From contig WFMW01000012.1 in assembly GCA_015488885.1 (NCBI GenBank), positions 38,354 through 102,353 on the forward strand: a DNA stretch of 64,000 nt, in the 5' to 3' direction. Position numbers and translations under genes: made by a program. Shown here one piece after another: positions 32,565-43,737 of this stretch. A model generated the notes under the pieces. It was not told the origin of the DNA. It made no database searches and saw only the letters and a program-made list of their open reading frames with translations. Origin of the DNA: Gammaproteobacteria bacterium. GTDB lineage: Bacteria; Pseudomonadota; Gammaproteobacteria; SZUA-229. How positions within the stretch are numbered: the stretch's first letter is position 1; every line of letters starts with the position of its first letter.

Positions 32565-33263
32565 TTATAATGAACGGGTAACCATGCGTCTTTTAATATT
32601 ACCAATTGCCCGGGTCGGGTTTAAGCCTTTGGGACAGACCTGTACGCAATTCATAATAGTATGACAACGGAACAGTTTGAATGGCCCTTCCAGTTCCTGC
32701 AAACGTTGTTCCAGTTTCTGGTCACGGCTGTCTTCGATAAAACGGGAAGCCTGCAACAGGGCCGCCGGGCCCAGAAATTTATCCGGATTCCACCAGTAGG
32801 AGGGGCATGCAGTTGAACAACAGGCACATAAAACACATTCAATCAGGCCATCCAGCCGGTCACGTTGTTGCGGTGTCTGACTGAGTTCAACGTCAGGCAT
32901 CGGATCGGTGACGGTCAAATAAGGCTTGACGGCCCGATATTGATGATAAAACGGTTCCATATCAATAATCAGGTCACGAATCACTGGCATCCCCGGCAGT
33001 GGATTGATAACCACCGGTTCCTGCAGTGAATCAATCGGGGTGATACAGGCCAGCCCGTTTACCCCGTTAATATTCATGCCATCCGAGCCACAGACCCCTT
33101 CACCACAGGAACGACGAAAACTCAGACTTTCATCCTGCTCATCTTTAATACGCAATAATGCCGCCAGCAACATCGTACCGGGGGCAATATCAGCCAGTTC
33201 ATAATCCTGCGTATAAGGGGCGGTATCTTTTTCCGGATTATATCGGTAAATGGTAAATTTCAT
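32565..33263 (-). CDS. sdhB: succinate dehydrogenase iron-sulfur subunit
   Basis: SCGEGVCGSDG, CVLCACCSTACP, CHTIMNCVQVCPK. Confidence 0.96.
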   Translation of the reverse strand: MKFTIYRYNPEKDTAPYTQDYELADIAPGTMLLAALLRIKDEQDESLSFRRSCGEGVCGSDGMNINGVNGLACITPIDSLQEPVVINPLPGMPVIRDLIIDMEPFYHQYRAVKPYLTVTDPMPDVELSQTPQQRDRLDGLIECVLCACCSTACPSYWWNPDKFLGPAALLQASRFIEDSRDQKLEQRLQELEGPFKLFRCHTIMNCVQVCPKGLNPTRAIGNIKRRMVTRSL

Positions 33264-33318
33264 TTTATACTCCGCTGTTTACTCCGGGAAATAGCTGGAT
33301 GATATTGACTTAATGACA

Positions 33319-35085
33319 TTAATAAGTACGCGCTTTGGGTGGAAAGCTGTCAACGGTTATCGGTTTGGTACGTACCGGTTTATAATCCAGACCATGTTCC
33401 AGTGAATACAGGGTATGACGCATCCAGTTTTTATCATCCCGATCAGGATAATCAATGCGCGAATGCGCGCCCCGGCTTTCCTTACGGGCATAGGCTGAAT
33501 GCATGGTTGCCAGTGCCACATACATTAAATTTTCCAGCTCCAGCGCTTCCACTTTTGCGGTATTAAACACACTGCTGTGATCGTCGATTCTGGCATTTTT
33601 TATGCGTTCAGCCAGTTGCTCGATTTTCTCCACACCTTCACGCAACACCTCATCGGTACGGTAAACACTACAGTGAGATTCCATCAGCTGTTTGAGTTCG
33701 GCACGTAAAGCCGCCACCGGTTCACCATCGGGGTTGGGGTTCTCCCAGCGTTGCAGGCGTTGCATGGCCGCTTCGACGCTGCTTTCATCCATGGGCCGGT
33801 GATAACGGTTTTCCTGCAGATACTCAATAATGTGATTGCCCGCAGCCCGTCCGAACACCAGAATATCGAGCAGTGAATTACCGCCCAGCCGATTGCCACC
33901 ATGTACCGAAACGCAGGCACATTCACCGGCTGCATACAGACCGGCTACCGGCTCCTCCGGGGTATCTTTTACCGGCACTACCACCTGACCAAAGCGGTTG
34001 GTGGGAATCCCGCCCATCATGTAATGTGCGGTTGGCGACACGGGTATGGGGGCCTTGGCCGGGTCAATACCCAGAAAAGTAATGCTGGTCTGGCGAATAC
34101 CGGGCAGGCGTTTCTGCACCACCTCTTCACCGAGATGATCGAGACGCAGCAGTACATAATCTTTATTCGGGCCGCAACCACGACCTTCGCGAAGTTCGGT
34201 CATAATCGCCCGACTCACGACATCCCGGCAGGCAAGGTCTTTCACTGACGGCGCATAACGTTCCATAAAACGTTCATTTTCACTGTTCAGCAGATAACCG
34301 CCTTCTCCCCGCGCCGCTTCGGTAATTAACATACCGTGCCCGGCAACCCCGGTGGGGTGAAACTGGAAAAACTCCAGATCCTGCAGCGGAATACCGGCAC
34401 GTAAGGCCATCCCCATACCATCACCGGTATTGATTAAGGCATTGGTGGTATTTTTAAACTGCTGTCCGGCACCACCGGTGGCCAGTAAGGTGGTTTTGGC
34501 TTCGATGACAAGTACCTCACCATTTTGAATATTAAAAACCAGCGCACCCAGTACATGACCTTCATTATCCTTAAGCAAATCAACCGCAAAATATTCATCA
34601 AAAAAATGGGTTTTGGCGCGAATATTCTGCTGATATAAACTGTGCAAAATAGCATGACCGGTACGGTCGGCAGCAGCACAGGTGCGTATGGCCTGGCCAT
34701 CACCAAAATTAAGACTCTGGCCGCCAAAGGCACGCTGGTAGATTTTGCCATTATCGAGCCGTGAAAACGGCACGCCAAAATGTTCCAGTTCGTAAACCGC
34801 TTTGGGCGCAGCACGACACATGTATTCAATCGCGTCCTGATCGCCCAGATAATCGCCGCCTTTTACCGTATCGAACATATGCCAGTGCCAGTTATCATTG
34901 ATAACATTGGCCAGTGCCGCATTCACCCCGCCCTGAGCCGCGACGGTGTGTGAACGGATGGGGAAAACTTTTGATACCACCGCCACATTCACATCAGCAG
35001 CGGCCAGTTGCAGCGAAGCTCGCAGCCCGCCGCCGCCAGCACCGATGATTAATGTATCAAACTGACGACGTTGTATCTGACTCAT
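33319..35085 (-). CDS. sdhA: succinate dehydrogenase flavoprotein subunit
   Basis: [17 protein letters not shown] (FAD-linked His), QFHPTG, HYMMGG, RLGGNSL. Confidence 0.96.
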   Translation of the reverse strand: MSQIQRRQFDTLIIGAGGGGLRASLQLAAADVNVAVVSKVFPIRSHTVAAQGGVNAALANVINDNWHWHMFDTVKGGDYLGDQDAIEYMCRAAPKAVYELEHFGVPFSRLDNGKIYQRAFGGQSLNFGDGQAIRTCAAADRTGHAILHSLYQQNIRAKTHFFDEYFAVDLLKDNEGHVLGALVFNIQNGEVLVIEAKTTLLATGGAGQQFKNTTNALINTGDGMGMALRAGIPLQDLEFFQFHPTGVAGHGMLITEAARGEGGYLLNSENERFMERYAPSVKDLACRDVVSRAIMTELREGRGCGPNKDYVLLRLDHLGEEVVQKRLPGIRQTSITFLGIDPAKAPIPVSPTAHYMMGGIPTNRFGQVVVPVKDTPEEPVAGLYAAGECACVSVHGGNRLGGNSLLDILVFGRAAGNHIIEYLQENRYHRPMDESSVEAAMQRLQRWENPNPDGEPVAALRAELKQLMESHCSVYRTDEVLREGVEKIEQLAERIKNARIDDHSSVFNTAKVEALELENLMYVALATMHSAYARKESRGAHSRIDYPDRDDKNWMRHTLYSLEHGLDYKPVRTKPITVDSFPPKARTY

Positions 35086-35094
35086 AAAAAAACC

Positions 35095-35442
35095 TCAGGC
35101 GACCACAGACAACAGCAATAGACGGAACACCCATAAACCACTGCCCAATAAAATACCGATCAGCATACCTAAAATAAAGATACGCAGCATAATGTTGTGC
35201 ACATAATCGAGCACCACATCGCGTATACCAATCCAGGCATGAAACAGAACAGCGATAACAAACAGGCCGACCGCCGTCGTATTAAACGGGGCAAATAACC
35301 AGCCTTTCCAGCTTGCATAACTCACCGTGGTATCCGCACCCAGCAAGCACCAGGCAACATAAAGTGTGAACAACAGCATATACACCGCGCTCACACGCTG
35401 TATCACCCACGGTCGCAGTCCTTCCAGTACATATAAGCTCAT
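35095..35442 (-). CDS. sdhD: succinate dehydrogenase hydrophobic membrane anchor
   Basis: WVIQRVSA, HAWIGIRDVVLDYV. Confidence 0.93.
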   Translation of the reverse strand: MSLYVLEGLRPWVIQRVSAVYMLLFTLYVAWCLLGADTTVSYASWKGWLFAPFNTTAVGLFVIAVLFHAWIGIRDVVLDYVHNIMLRIFILGMLIGILLGSGLWVFRLLLLSVVA

Positions 35443-35831
35443 TACAGCACCCCGTATAAAACGATGGCCAGAACCGTTATCACTTCAGCGCCAATCACCA
35501 GCCAGGCACCGGTTCGTGAATCGGTTTTTTCCACCCCGATATCGGCATCAATCAGCAAAAAACGTATGCCCGCAAAAAAATGATGTGCAAACGCCCACAG
35601 AATTAGTATTTCTAAAATCACCACCACTGGTTGATGTAAAATGCGCTGAACCTGCTGAAAACCATTTTGTGAGCTAACCGAGAGATCGAGTAGATAAACA
35701 ATGAAAGGAAGGCTAACGAATAACCCTACGCCAGACACCCTGTGCGCCAGTGACACCATACCGGGCAAGGGTAAGCGAATTTTAAGTAGATTTAGATAAA
35801 CTGGACGATGATTTTTAATATTATTATTCAT
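35442..35831 (-). CDS. sdhC: succinate dehydrogenase cytochrome b556 subunit
   Basis: RPVYLNL, SLAHRVSG, HHFFAGIRFL. Start approximate (ATG at 35831 or 35843). Confidence 0.92.
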   Translation of the reverse strand: MNNNIKNHRPVYLNLLKIRLPLPGMVSLAHRVSGVGLFVSLPFIVYLLDLSVSSQNGFQQVQRILHQPVVVILEILILWAFAHHFFAGIRFLLIDADIGVEKTDSRTGAWLVIGAEVITVLAIVLYGVL

Positions 35832-36119
35832 ATTATTATACATGGCTTTATTCCAAAGAACCAAAAACAGATCTGCCTTATAAAGCAACACCGTAGATAA
35901 CTCAAAAATAATCCAGTCAGACTACCACTCCGACATTATATCCCCCTGCTGGTTCAGTCTAATCCTTTCTAAACATGAACTAAAACTGAAGAACTGTCAA
36001 GGTGGATATCAACTCAACGACAATGAACAAGGATCATAAAGCGAGGATCATGAAAGGCAGTGCTGAGGGTATATAACCGCGTATATCTTCACATAGCGCC
36101 GCCGGTGCTATCTACAAAT

Positions 36120-36168
36120 AACGCAGAGTGTCAGGTGAGGCATTCCTACACGGAGCGATGAGAACGAT
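36120..36168. repeat. degenerate REP/REPIN remnant
   Basis: ACGCAGAGTGTC...GCATTCCTACACGGAGCGATGAGAACGAT resembles the CATTCCCACGCAGAGCGTGGGAACGA-type REP and is related to 43738-43824. Confidence 0.55.
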
Positions 36169-36216
36169 ATGTAATGGCCAGGCAAATACTGGCGTTTTCC
36201 TGCCTGCTAACAAGGC

Positions 36217-37620
36217 TCAACGGTCAACTTTTTTTATATAAGTGATAGCCCACTCAAGTCGTTGCAGGGTTCTCTGTTTACCCAGTAGCGCCAGCGTAAT
36301 ATCAATGGAGGGTGATTTACCGCTGCCGGTCACCGCCAGGCGCAACGGCTGGCCTACCTTGCCAAAACCAACGTCAAAAGTTTTAACCGTGTTTTCTACA
36401 ACCTGATGAATCGCTTCAGCCTGCCAGTTCTGCAAGTCACTATACTGCTGTTGCAGGCTTTGCAATATCGGTAATACTGCCGGTTTAAACTGCTTCTTAG
36501 CCTGTTTGGTATTATATTCAGCAAAGTCGTCATACAGAAAACGGATTTCTTCTGCCAGTTCAACCAGTGTCGCACAACGTTCCTGAAAAACCTTTAATAC
36601 CGCCTGCAAATCTGCGCCATTGTCGGTGCTGTAGCCCGCTTTTTTGATATAGGGCTGTAGCAGTTTCGCCACCTTTTCAGGCGGCTTGTTTTTAATATAA
36701 TGTTGATTCAGCCAGCGTAGTTTTTCAGTATTGAATGCCGAGGGCGAGGTGTTGATATCCACCACATCGAACAGGGCGATCATTTCCTCACGACTGAAAA
36801 TTTCCTGATCACCATGCGACCAGCTCAGGCGTACCAGATAATTGATCAACGCTTCGGGCAAAAAACCGTTGTCTTTATACTGCATCACACTTACCGCGCC
36901 ATGGCGTTTGGACAAACGTTTACCATCGTCACCCAGAATCATCGGCACATGTGCGTAGATCGGTAACTGAGCGCCCAGCGCCTTGAGAATATTAATCTGT
37001 CGCGGGGTATTATTCAGGTGGTCATCACCACGAATAATATGTGTCATTTTCATGTCCCAGTCATCAACCACGACGGTAAGATTATAGGTGGGCGTGCCAT
37101 CAGCACGGGCAATGACCAGATCATCGAGTTCACGATTATTGATGACCACACGGCCTTTTACCAGATCATCAATAACTACGTCACCGTCCAGCGGGTTTTT
37201 GAAGCGAATCACCGTATGCGCCGACGCAGGCAGATTTTTATCACGACAACAACCATCATAACGGGGCTTTTCATGATTCGCCATCTGACGCTCACGTAAC
37301 GCTGCCAGATGTTCCCTGCTGCAGTCACAGTAATAGGCATGGCCGCTGTCAAGTAACTGCGCGATGACTTCACGATAACGCTCGAAGCGCTGTGTCTGGT
37401 AAAACGGACCTTCATCGTAATCCAGCCCGAGCCAGTCCATAGCGTCAAGAATGGCCTGCACGGACGCGTCGGTGGAACGTTCACGGTCGGTATCTTCAAT
37501 CCGCAGAATAAACTGCCCCCCCATCTTGCGGGCATAAAGCCACGAAAACAACGCAGTACGGGCACCCCCCACATGAAGATAACCAGTGGGACTAGGGGCA
37601 AAACGGGTACGAACAGACAT
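36217..37620 (-). CDS. gltX: glutamate--tRNA ligase
   Basis: RFAPSPTGYLHVGG (HIGH-like), IRGDDH, RLSKR (KMSKS-like). Confidence 0.96.
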   Translation of the reverse strand: MSVRTRFAPSPTGYLHVGGARTALFSWLYARKMGGQFILRIEDTDRERSTDASVQAILDAMDWLGLDYDEGPFYQTQRFERYREVIAQLLDSGHAYYCDCSREHLAALRERQMANHEKPRYDGCCRDKNLPASAHTVIRFKNPLDGDVVIDDLVKGRVVINNRELDDLVIARADGTPTYNLTVVVDDWDMKMTHIIRGDDHLNNTPRQINILKALGAQLPIYAHVPMILGDDGKRLSKRHGAVSVMQYKDNGFLPEALINYLVRLSWSHGDQEIFSREEMIALFDVVDINTSPSAFNTEKLRWLNQHYIKNKPPEKVAKLLQPYIKKAGYSTDNGADLQAVLKVFQERCATLVELAEEIRFLYDDFAEYNTKQAKKQFKPAVLPILQSLQQQYSDLQNWQAEAIHQVVENTVKTFDVGFGKVGQPLRLAVTGSGKSPSIDITLALLGKQRTLQRLEWAITYIKKVDR

Positions 37621-37737
37621 CAGCTATTCCAGTTAAATAATGATTAGGTCGCAGATTTTAATATAAAAACCGGATAGATAATAGATAACAAATATACAGA
37701 CAGGTAAAAAGCTGGCAATGGATAACGGCCAACTTTT

Positions 37738-37760
37738 GTAACTACACAGCGAGTAGTTAC
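37738..37760. mobile_element. 23-bp collapsed MITE (two abutting TIRs) with 8-bp TSD
   Basis: CAACTTTT|GTAACTACACAGCGAGTAGTTAC|CAACTTTT. Confidence 0.8.
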
Positions 37761-37791
37761 CAACTTTTTTCCTTTAATATAAACTACCACC

Positions 37792-38862
37792 ATGCCGGAT
37801 AGAAACAACATCGACAATGAAACCCTGTTAAAACAGATTAAACAGTGGGCTGCGCTGGCAGGCTTTCAGCAACTCGGGGTCAGTGATATTCATCTGCGTG
37901 AACATGAAGCACATTTGAATAACTGGCTGGCGGCAGGGTTTCATGGCGATATGGCATATATGCAAAAACATGGCACCAAACGCAGCCGCCCGGAACAGCT
38001 CATCGCGCACACCTGCCGGGTTATTTCAGTACGCATGGATTATATGCCACCAGATTGCGAACGGGCGGACAAGGTGCTGGCCAGCGCAGAAAAAGGTTAT
38101 ATTTCCCGTTACGCCCTGGGGCGCGACTACCATAAAGTTATGCGCAAGCGCCTGCAGAAACTGGCTGAAAAAATTCAGGCCAGGGTTGGCAAAATGGGTT
38201 ACCGTGTTTTTGTTGACAGCGCGCCGGTACTGGAAAAGGCACTGGCAGAAAAAGCAGGCCTTGGCTGGATAGGTAAACACAGCAATCTGATTAACCATAA
38301 AGCCGGGTCGTGGTTTTTTCTGGGTGAAATTTTTACCGACCTGCCCTTACCGGTCACCACAACCAGCATTGATAATCATTGCGGTCACTGCACCGCCTGT
38401 ATGGATTGCTGCCCGACACAGGCTATTGTCGCCCCCTACACGGTGGATGCACGGCGCTGTATTTCCTACCTGACCATCGAACTTCACGGCAGCATTCCGC
38501 CTGCATTGCGCGCAGCCATGGGTAACCGGATATACGGCTGTGATGATTGCCAGTTAGCCTGTCCGTGGAACCGCTTTGCCCAACCGACCGGTGAAACCGA
38601 TTTCTTTACCCGTCATCCACTGGATGCGGCAGATTTAATCGACCTGTTCAACTGGGATGAAACGCAGTTTCTGCGGCGCACCGAAGGTTCACCCATACGC
38701 CGGATCGGTTATGCCCGCTGGCTGCGTAATATTGCGGTGGCTTTGGGTAATGCCCCGCAAACCGAGGCGGTTAAACAGGCTTTATTAAATAAAAAAGCCG
38801 GTTTAAATATTGACAACAAAGCCATGGTTACAGAACATATAGACTGGGCGCTGAAGAAATAA
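37792..38862 (+). CDS. queG: epoxyqueuosine reductase
   Basis: SRYALGRDYH, VDSAPVLE, CGHCTACMDCCP, RIYGCDDCQLACPWN. Confidence 0.96.
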   Translation: MPDRNNIDNETLLKQIKQWAALAGFQQLGVSDIHLREHEAHLNNWLAAGFHGDMAYMQKHGTKRSRPEQLIAHTCRVISVRMDYMPPDCERADKVLASAEKGYISRYALGRDYHKVMRKRLQKLAEKIQARVGKMGYRVFVDSAPVLEKALAEKAGLGWIGKHSNLINHKAGSWFFLGEIFTDLPLPVTTTSIDNHCGHCTACMDCCPTQAIVAPYTVDARRCISYLTIELHGSIPPALRAAMGNRIYGCDDCQLACPWNRFAQPTGETDFFTRHPLDAADLIDLFNWDETQFLRRTEGSPIRRIGYARWLRNIAVALGNAPQTEAVKQALLNKKAGLNIDNKAMVTEHIDWALKK

Positions 38863-38863
38863 G

Positions 38864-40528
38864 TTAGGGAAACTCTGCACGCAATAGCCGGCAGTAATTC
38901 ATTAAATGATTCGTCGAATCATCATAACGTTGCGTCTCCTTACCTTCAGCAATAACATTTTCAATATCGCTGGCCATCTGTTTGCCGTATTCCACCCCCC
39001 ATTGATCAAAGGAATTAATATTCCAGATAATACCCTGTACAAATACCTTGTGTTCATACAGGGCAATCAATGAACCCAGAGTACGCGCATCAAGGCGTTC
39101 GAATATAATGGAATTGGTGGGTTTGTTACCTGCAAAGATTTTATGCGGCAGCACGGCTTTTATCTTTTCAGCCGCCATCCCACTGGCTTCAAGTTCTGCC
39201 AGTGCTTCAGCTTCGGTTTTACCCCGCATCAGAGCACGGGTCTGCGCAAAAAAGTTGGCCAGCAATACTTCATGCTGATTACCCAGTTTATTGCGCAGCG
39301 GATTACAGGTATTGGCCGGAATCAGAAAATCTACCGGCACCAGCCTGGTACCCTGATGGAATAACTGAAAGAAAGCATGCTGGCAGTTGCTGCCGGTTTC
39401 ACCCCAGACAATCGGCCCGGTCGTATAATCAACCTGCTGGCCCTGACGGTTGATGGTTTTACCATTACTTTCCATATCCAGTTGCTGTAAAAAAGCCGAA
39501 AATCGGCGCAGATACTGGTTATAGGAAATAACGGCATAACTTTGTGCCGCAAAAAAATGGCTGTACCAGATACCAAGCAAGGCCATAATAACCGGCATGT
39601 TTTTTTCGATGGGCGCGGTTTTGAAATGCTGATCCATGGCATGCGCGCCATCCAGTAGTTGCTCAAAGCGATCCATGCCAATATATAAGGCAATCGGCAG
39701 ACCAATGGCAGACCAGAGTGAATAACGCCCACCCACCCAGTCCCAGAACTCGAACATATTCTCTTCCAGGATGCCAAATTCCGTGGCTTTTTCACGGTTG
39801 GTGGTAACGGCAACAAAATGTCTGGCAATGGCTTTTTTGTCATTGGTATGGTTGATAAACCAGTTACGTGCACTATGTGCATTTAACATGGTTTCCTGCG
39901 TAGTAAATGATTTTGACGAAACAATAAACAGGGTTGATTCAGGCTGTACCCGTTTTAATATTTCAGTGAGATGGGTCGGGTCAACATTGGAGACAAAATG
40001 CACATCGAGACCGCGTTGAGCATAGGGTTTCATCGAATCACACACCACATGCGGACCTAAATCGGAGCCGCCAATACCAATATTGACGATATCCTTAAAC
40101 AGATGGCCACTATAACCACGCAAATGCCCGCCACGTATCCGTCCGCTAAAATAGCGCATTTGCGCCAGCACCCGGTTAATTTTTGGCATAACATTTTCAC
40201 CCTCGACAAAAACCGGGGTGTTACTGCGATTACGCAAGGCAGTATGCAGGGCTGGACGAAACTCTGAAATATTAATGGCTTCACCAGCGAACATTTTATC
40301 GCGCCAGTCGAAGACATGGCGTTCTCTCACCAGTTCACAAAGCAGTTTGAAGGTTTCGTCATTAATGCGGTTTTTGGAAAAATCCAGCAGGATATCATCC
40401 ATCTGCGTGCTGAATTTATTAAATCGTTGGTTGTCCTGCGCGAACATATCACGCATCGAGGTATTTTTTATTGACTTAAAATGGGCTTGCAAAGCTTGCC
40501 ATGCGGGAGACTGTATTAAAGTTGACAT
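38864..40528 (-). CDS. pgi: glucose-6-phosphate isomerase
   Basis: GIGGSDLGP, SKSFTTQET, WVGGRYSLWSAIG, QLDMESNGK, SFDQWGVE. Confidence 0.96.
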   Translation of the reverse strand: MSTLIQSPAWQALQAHFKSIKNTSMRDMFAQDNQRFNKFSTQMDDILLDFSKNRINDETFKLLCELVRERHVFDWRDKMFAGEAINISEFRPALHTALRNRSNTPVFVEGENVMPKINRVLAQMRYFSGRIRGGHLRGYSGHLFKDIVNIGIGGSDLGPHVVCDSMKPYAQRGLDVHFVSNVDPTHLTEILKRVQPESTLFIVSSKSFTTQETMLNAHSARNWFINHTNDKKAIARHFVAVTTNREKATEFGILEENMFEFWDWVGGRYSLWSAIGLPIALYIGMDRFEQLLDGAHAMDQHFKTAPIEKNMPVIMALLGIWYSHFFAAQSYAVISYNQYLRRFSAFLQQLDMESNGKTINRQGQQVDYTTGPIVWGETGSNCQHAFFQLFHQGTRLVPVDFLIPANTCNPLRNKLGNQHEVLLANFFAQTRALMRGKTEAEALAELEASGMAAEKIKAVLPHKIFAGNKPTNSIIFERLDARTLGSLIALYEHKVFVQGIIWNINSFDQWGVEYGKQMASDIENVIAEGKETQRYDDSTNHLMNYCRLLRAEFP

Positions 40529-40738
40529 AATTGTATTGACATCATTCCTGTTTTTTTGCGGAAACATTCTTGCGGAAACAACGAACCTTACGGAACGGAT
40601 TATTTTATATCACGATGGTCTGTTTTTCTGACTGACATTACTACAAATGCGATATAATTGCCCATTCATTTGTTATTATCGCATTTTTTATCATCGCCGG
40701 TTTTTCATCGGTGCTTTATTTTACCCCTGCTGGATATT

Positions 40739-43693
40739 ATGACCACCCATTATAACGCTAACCCTTCCACTGCCGATGATTCATCTGCCAGAGCGAACCA
40801 TCAGCCGTCAAGCCATGATTCAACACCGGTTCAGGCTGCTGGCCTGCACAATACCGCATCTATCGATAAACAGCTACGTGCGCGGGTAAAATTACTCGGC
40901 CATTTACTCGGTAATGTGCTGTTATCTCACGCCGGAGCAAAAGTTTACGATGCCGTTGAAAAATTACGCCAGGGCTTTATCGAATTGCATCAACAGGACG
41001 ACCCAAACCATCGTCAGCATCTGATGGCCCTGATTGAATCGCTGGATGCCAGCACTCTGTCACAGGTAGTACGGGCATTCAGTACCTATTTCAGTCTGGT
41101 GAATGTGGCCGAGGAAGCCGCCCAGTTGCAATTACGCCGCCAGCAAATGCGCAGCGATGAAATACTCTGGCGTGGTTCCTTTGATTCTGCATTAAGGGAT
41201 TTCAAAAACATGGGGATGTCCAGTGAGCGTTTACAAACCTTACTCGACCGACTGGCTTTTATTCCGGTCATTACCGCCCACCCCACCGAAGCCAAACCAC
41301 GCACGATTTTACACGCGCTACGCCGAATTTTTCTTACCAACGAAGAGTTGAACGATACCCGGCTGGGGAAAAAACAACGCGAGGAAGTGATTAACCAGCT
41401 GGAAACTCAGATCCAGATTCTGTGGCAAACCGATGAAGTCCGTACGACACGTCCACAGGTGCGTGATGAAATTAATAATGGCCTGTATTATTTTAAGGAA
41501 AGTCTGTTTCAGGCCATACCAGTCGTTTATCGGAATCTGGAACGTCAGCTACTCAAATATTATCCGCAGGCTCAGGTTCGACTACCCAGCTTTCTGCATT
41601 TTGGTTCCTGGATCGGCGGTGATCGTGACGGCAATCCTAATGTGAAAGCGGAAACCACCGCGCTAGCCATCTATTTGCAGTCAGAAACAGTGCTCGAAGA
41701 ATATGTACGTCGTTTACGCCACCTGTTTCGTCAGTTAACCCATTCCAGCCAGCTATGTACACCCAGCCGCGCATTCACTGAAAGCCTGAACCGCGACGAA
41801 CCGCTACGTTTTGAAGTTTTTACCAGTAAACCCACGATATACTGTGAAGCCCCCTATCGCCGTAAAATTGCCTTTATGCGCTACCGACTGCAACAGAATC
41901 TGGACAGAACCCGGGCGTTGATCAATGACCAGAGCGCAGACCTTAGCCTGTATCCACACGCCTATCCATCTGAACAGGCATTGCTGGATGACCTGCTGGT
42001 GATCAATGATTCACTAATTAGCCACGGCGATAACCGTATCGCTGATTTTGCCTTAAAAGATTTTATCCGCCTGGTTCAAACCTTTGGTTTTTATCTGATG
42101 CATCTTGATGTCAGGCAGGAATCGGCGGTACATACCGATGCGGTTATTGAAATTCTGCAACAGCTCGATCCGGCGATGGATTATGCCACCTGTGACGAAC
42201 AGCAACGCCTGAATTACCTGTCGCAACAAATCCGCCAGGCCGGTAAGCACCTGCATATTGATAAAACTGCACTCAGTGACAAAACCCGGGAAACCCTGGA
42301 CGTCTTTGCCGTCATAAAAAAACTCTCCGCAGAAATCAGCCCTCACGCCTTTGGTGAATATGTCATTTCCATGACCCATGAAGCCAGTCACATTATGGAA
42401 GTGATGTGGCTGGCCTCACTCAGCGGTCTGGCTGGCTGGGTTGACAGCCATCGGCATGAAGAAACCCGGCAGGATAAAAACAAAACCCCTGACTGCTTCT
42501 GCAATATTCATATCTCGCCACTGTTTGAAACCATTGAAGATCTGCACCGGATTGAAGCCGTACTCGGCCAGCTGTTTGCGAATGAAACCTATCATCAACT
42601 ATTGTCAGCCTCTGGCAAGCGCCAGGAAGTCATGCTGGGGTATTCCGATTCCTGTAAAGATGGCGGCATTCTGGCTTCATCATGGCAGTTGTATGAAGCC
42701 CAGCAGAAAGTTATTTCCCTGGCCGATGCCCGGCAGATAGACTGTCGTCTGTTTCATGGTCGTGGCGGTACCATTGGCCGTGGTGGCGGGCCAACGTATG
42801 AATCCATCCTCTCACAACCGGCCGGTACGGTTCACGGGCAGATTAAATTTACTGAACAGGGCGAAGTTCTGTCGAATAAATACAGCAATGCCGAAACCGC
42901 AGTTTACGAACTCACGCTGGGGATTACCGGTTTAATGCTGGCCAGCCGCCATCAGATGCTGCCCGGCACCAACCCCGAGACAGAAGAACACCGGCAGATT
43001 ATGCGTGAGCTGATGCAACGAGGGGAACAGAGTTACCGCCAGCTTACCGAGCAGACCGAAGGCTTTATGGATTATTTTTATGAAGCCACCCCGGTCAGTG
43101 AAATTGCCCTGCTGAATATCGGTTCGCGTCCATCACACCGCAAACCCGGCGATCGCTCACGCAGCTCGGTACGCGCCATTGGCTGGGTCTTTGGCTGGGC
43201 ACAATCACGGCACACCCTACCGGCATGGTATGGTATCGGTTCAGCATTGGAACAATGGATCGACCATCAACCTGAACGTCTGCAAACCCTGCAGGCTATG
43301 TATCAGCAATGGCCTTATTTCAGAGCCTTATTAAGTAACACTGAAATGGCTCTGTATAAAGCTGATATGAATACGGCTGCCGAATATGCAGCGCTGTGTC
43401 ATAACCCTGAAACACGTGAACGCGTTTACCAGCTCATTACCGATGAATGTGAACGCACCCGCAGCATTGCACTACAGGTTGCTAACCTGACCCACCTGCT
43501 TGATGACATACCGCCGTTATCCCTGTCTTTGATGCGACGCGACCCCTATCTCGACCCGCTTAACCATATTCAGGTAAAATTGCTGGGGCGCTACCGTGAT
43601 ACATCTGCAAATGAAAATGAACGTAAAAAGTGGCTACAACCTTTATTACGCAGCATCAATGCTATTGCTGCCGGCATGCGTAATACCGGGTAA
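40739..43693 (+). CDS. ppc: phosphoenolpyruvate carboxylase
   Basis: VITAHPTE, WIGGDRDGNP, GYSDSCKDGG, FHGRGGTIGRGGGP, C-terminal AAGMRNTG. Start approximate. Confidence 0.96.
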   Translation: MTTHYNANPSTADDSSARANHQPSSHDSTPVQAAGLHNTASIDKQLRARVKLLGHLLGNVLLSHAGAKVYDAVEKLRQGFIELHQQDDPNHRQHLMALIESLDASTLSQVVRAFSTYFSLVNVAEEAAQLQLRRQQMRSDEILWRGSFDSALRDFKNMGMSSERLQTLLDRLAFIPVITAHPTEAKPRTILHALRRIFLTNEELNDTRLGKKQREEVINQLETQIQILWQTDEVRTTRPQVRDEINNGLYYFKESLFQAIPVVYRNLERQLLKYYPQAQVRLPSFLHFGSWIGGDRDGNPNVKAETTALAIYLQSETVLEEYVRRLRHLFRQLTHSSQLCTPSRAFTESLNRDEPLRFEVFTSKPTIYCEAPYRRKIAFMRYRLQQNLDRTRALINDQSADLSLYPHAYPSEQALLDDLLVINDSLISHGDNRIADFALKDFIRLVQTFGFYLMHLDVRQESAVHTDAVIEILQQLDPAMDYATCDEQQRLNYLSQQIRQAGKHLHIDKTALSDKTRETLDVFAVIKKLSAEISPHAFGEYVISMTHEASHIMEVMWLASLSGLAGWVDSHRHEETRQDKNKTPDCFCNIHISPLFETIEDLHRIEAVLGQLFANETYHQLLSASGKRQEVMLGYSDSCKDGGILASSWQLYEAQQKVISLADARQIDCRLFHGRGGTIGRGGGPTYESILSQPAGTVHGQIKFTEQGEVLSNKYSNAETAVYELTLGITGLMLASRHQMLPGTNPETEEHRQIMRELMQRGEQSYRQLTEQTEGFMDYFYEATPVSEIALLNIGSRPSHRKPGDRSRSSVRAIGWVFGWAQSRHTLPAWYGIGSALEQWIDHQPERLQTLQAMYQQWPYFRALLSNTEMALYKADMNTAAEYAALCHNPETRERVYQLITDECERTRSIALQVANLTHLLDDIPPLSLSLMRRDPYLDPLNHIQVKLLGRYRDTSANENERKKWLQPLLRSINAIAAGMRNTG

Positions 43694-43701
43694 GGAGAGC
43701 C

Positions 43702-43733
43702 TAAAATTGACTGGCTATAAAATTGACTGGCTA
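43702..43733. repeat. 16-bp tandem duplication just after the ppc stop
   Basis: TAAAATTGACTGGCTA x2. Confidence 0.9.
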
Positions 43734-43737
43734 TCAT

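Noticed and set aside
35892..36216. tRNA genes next to gltX
   Set aside because: No cloverleaf, T-loop GTTCGA or CCA end seen, only a REP remnant and small hairpins.
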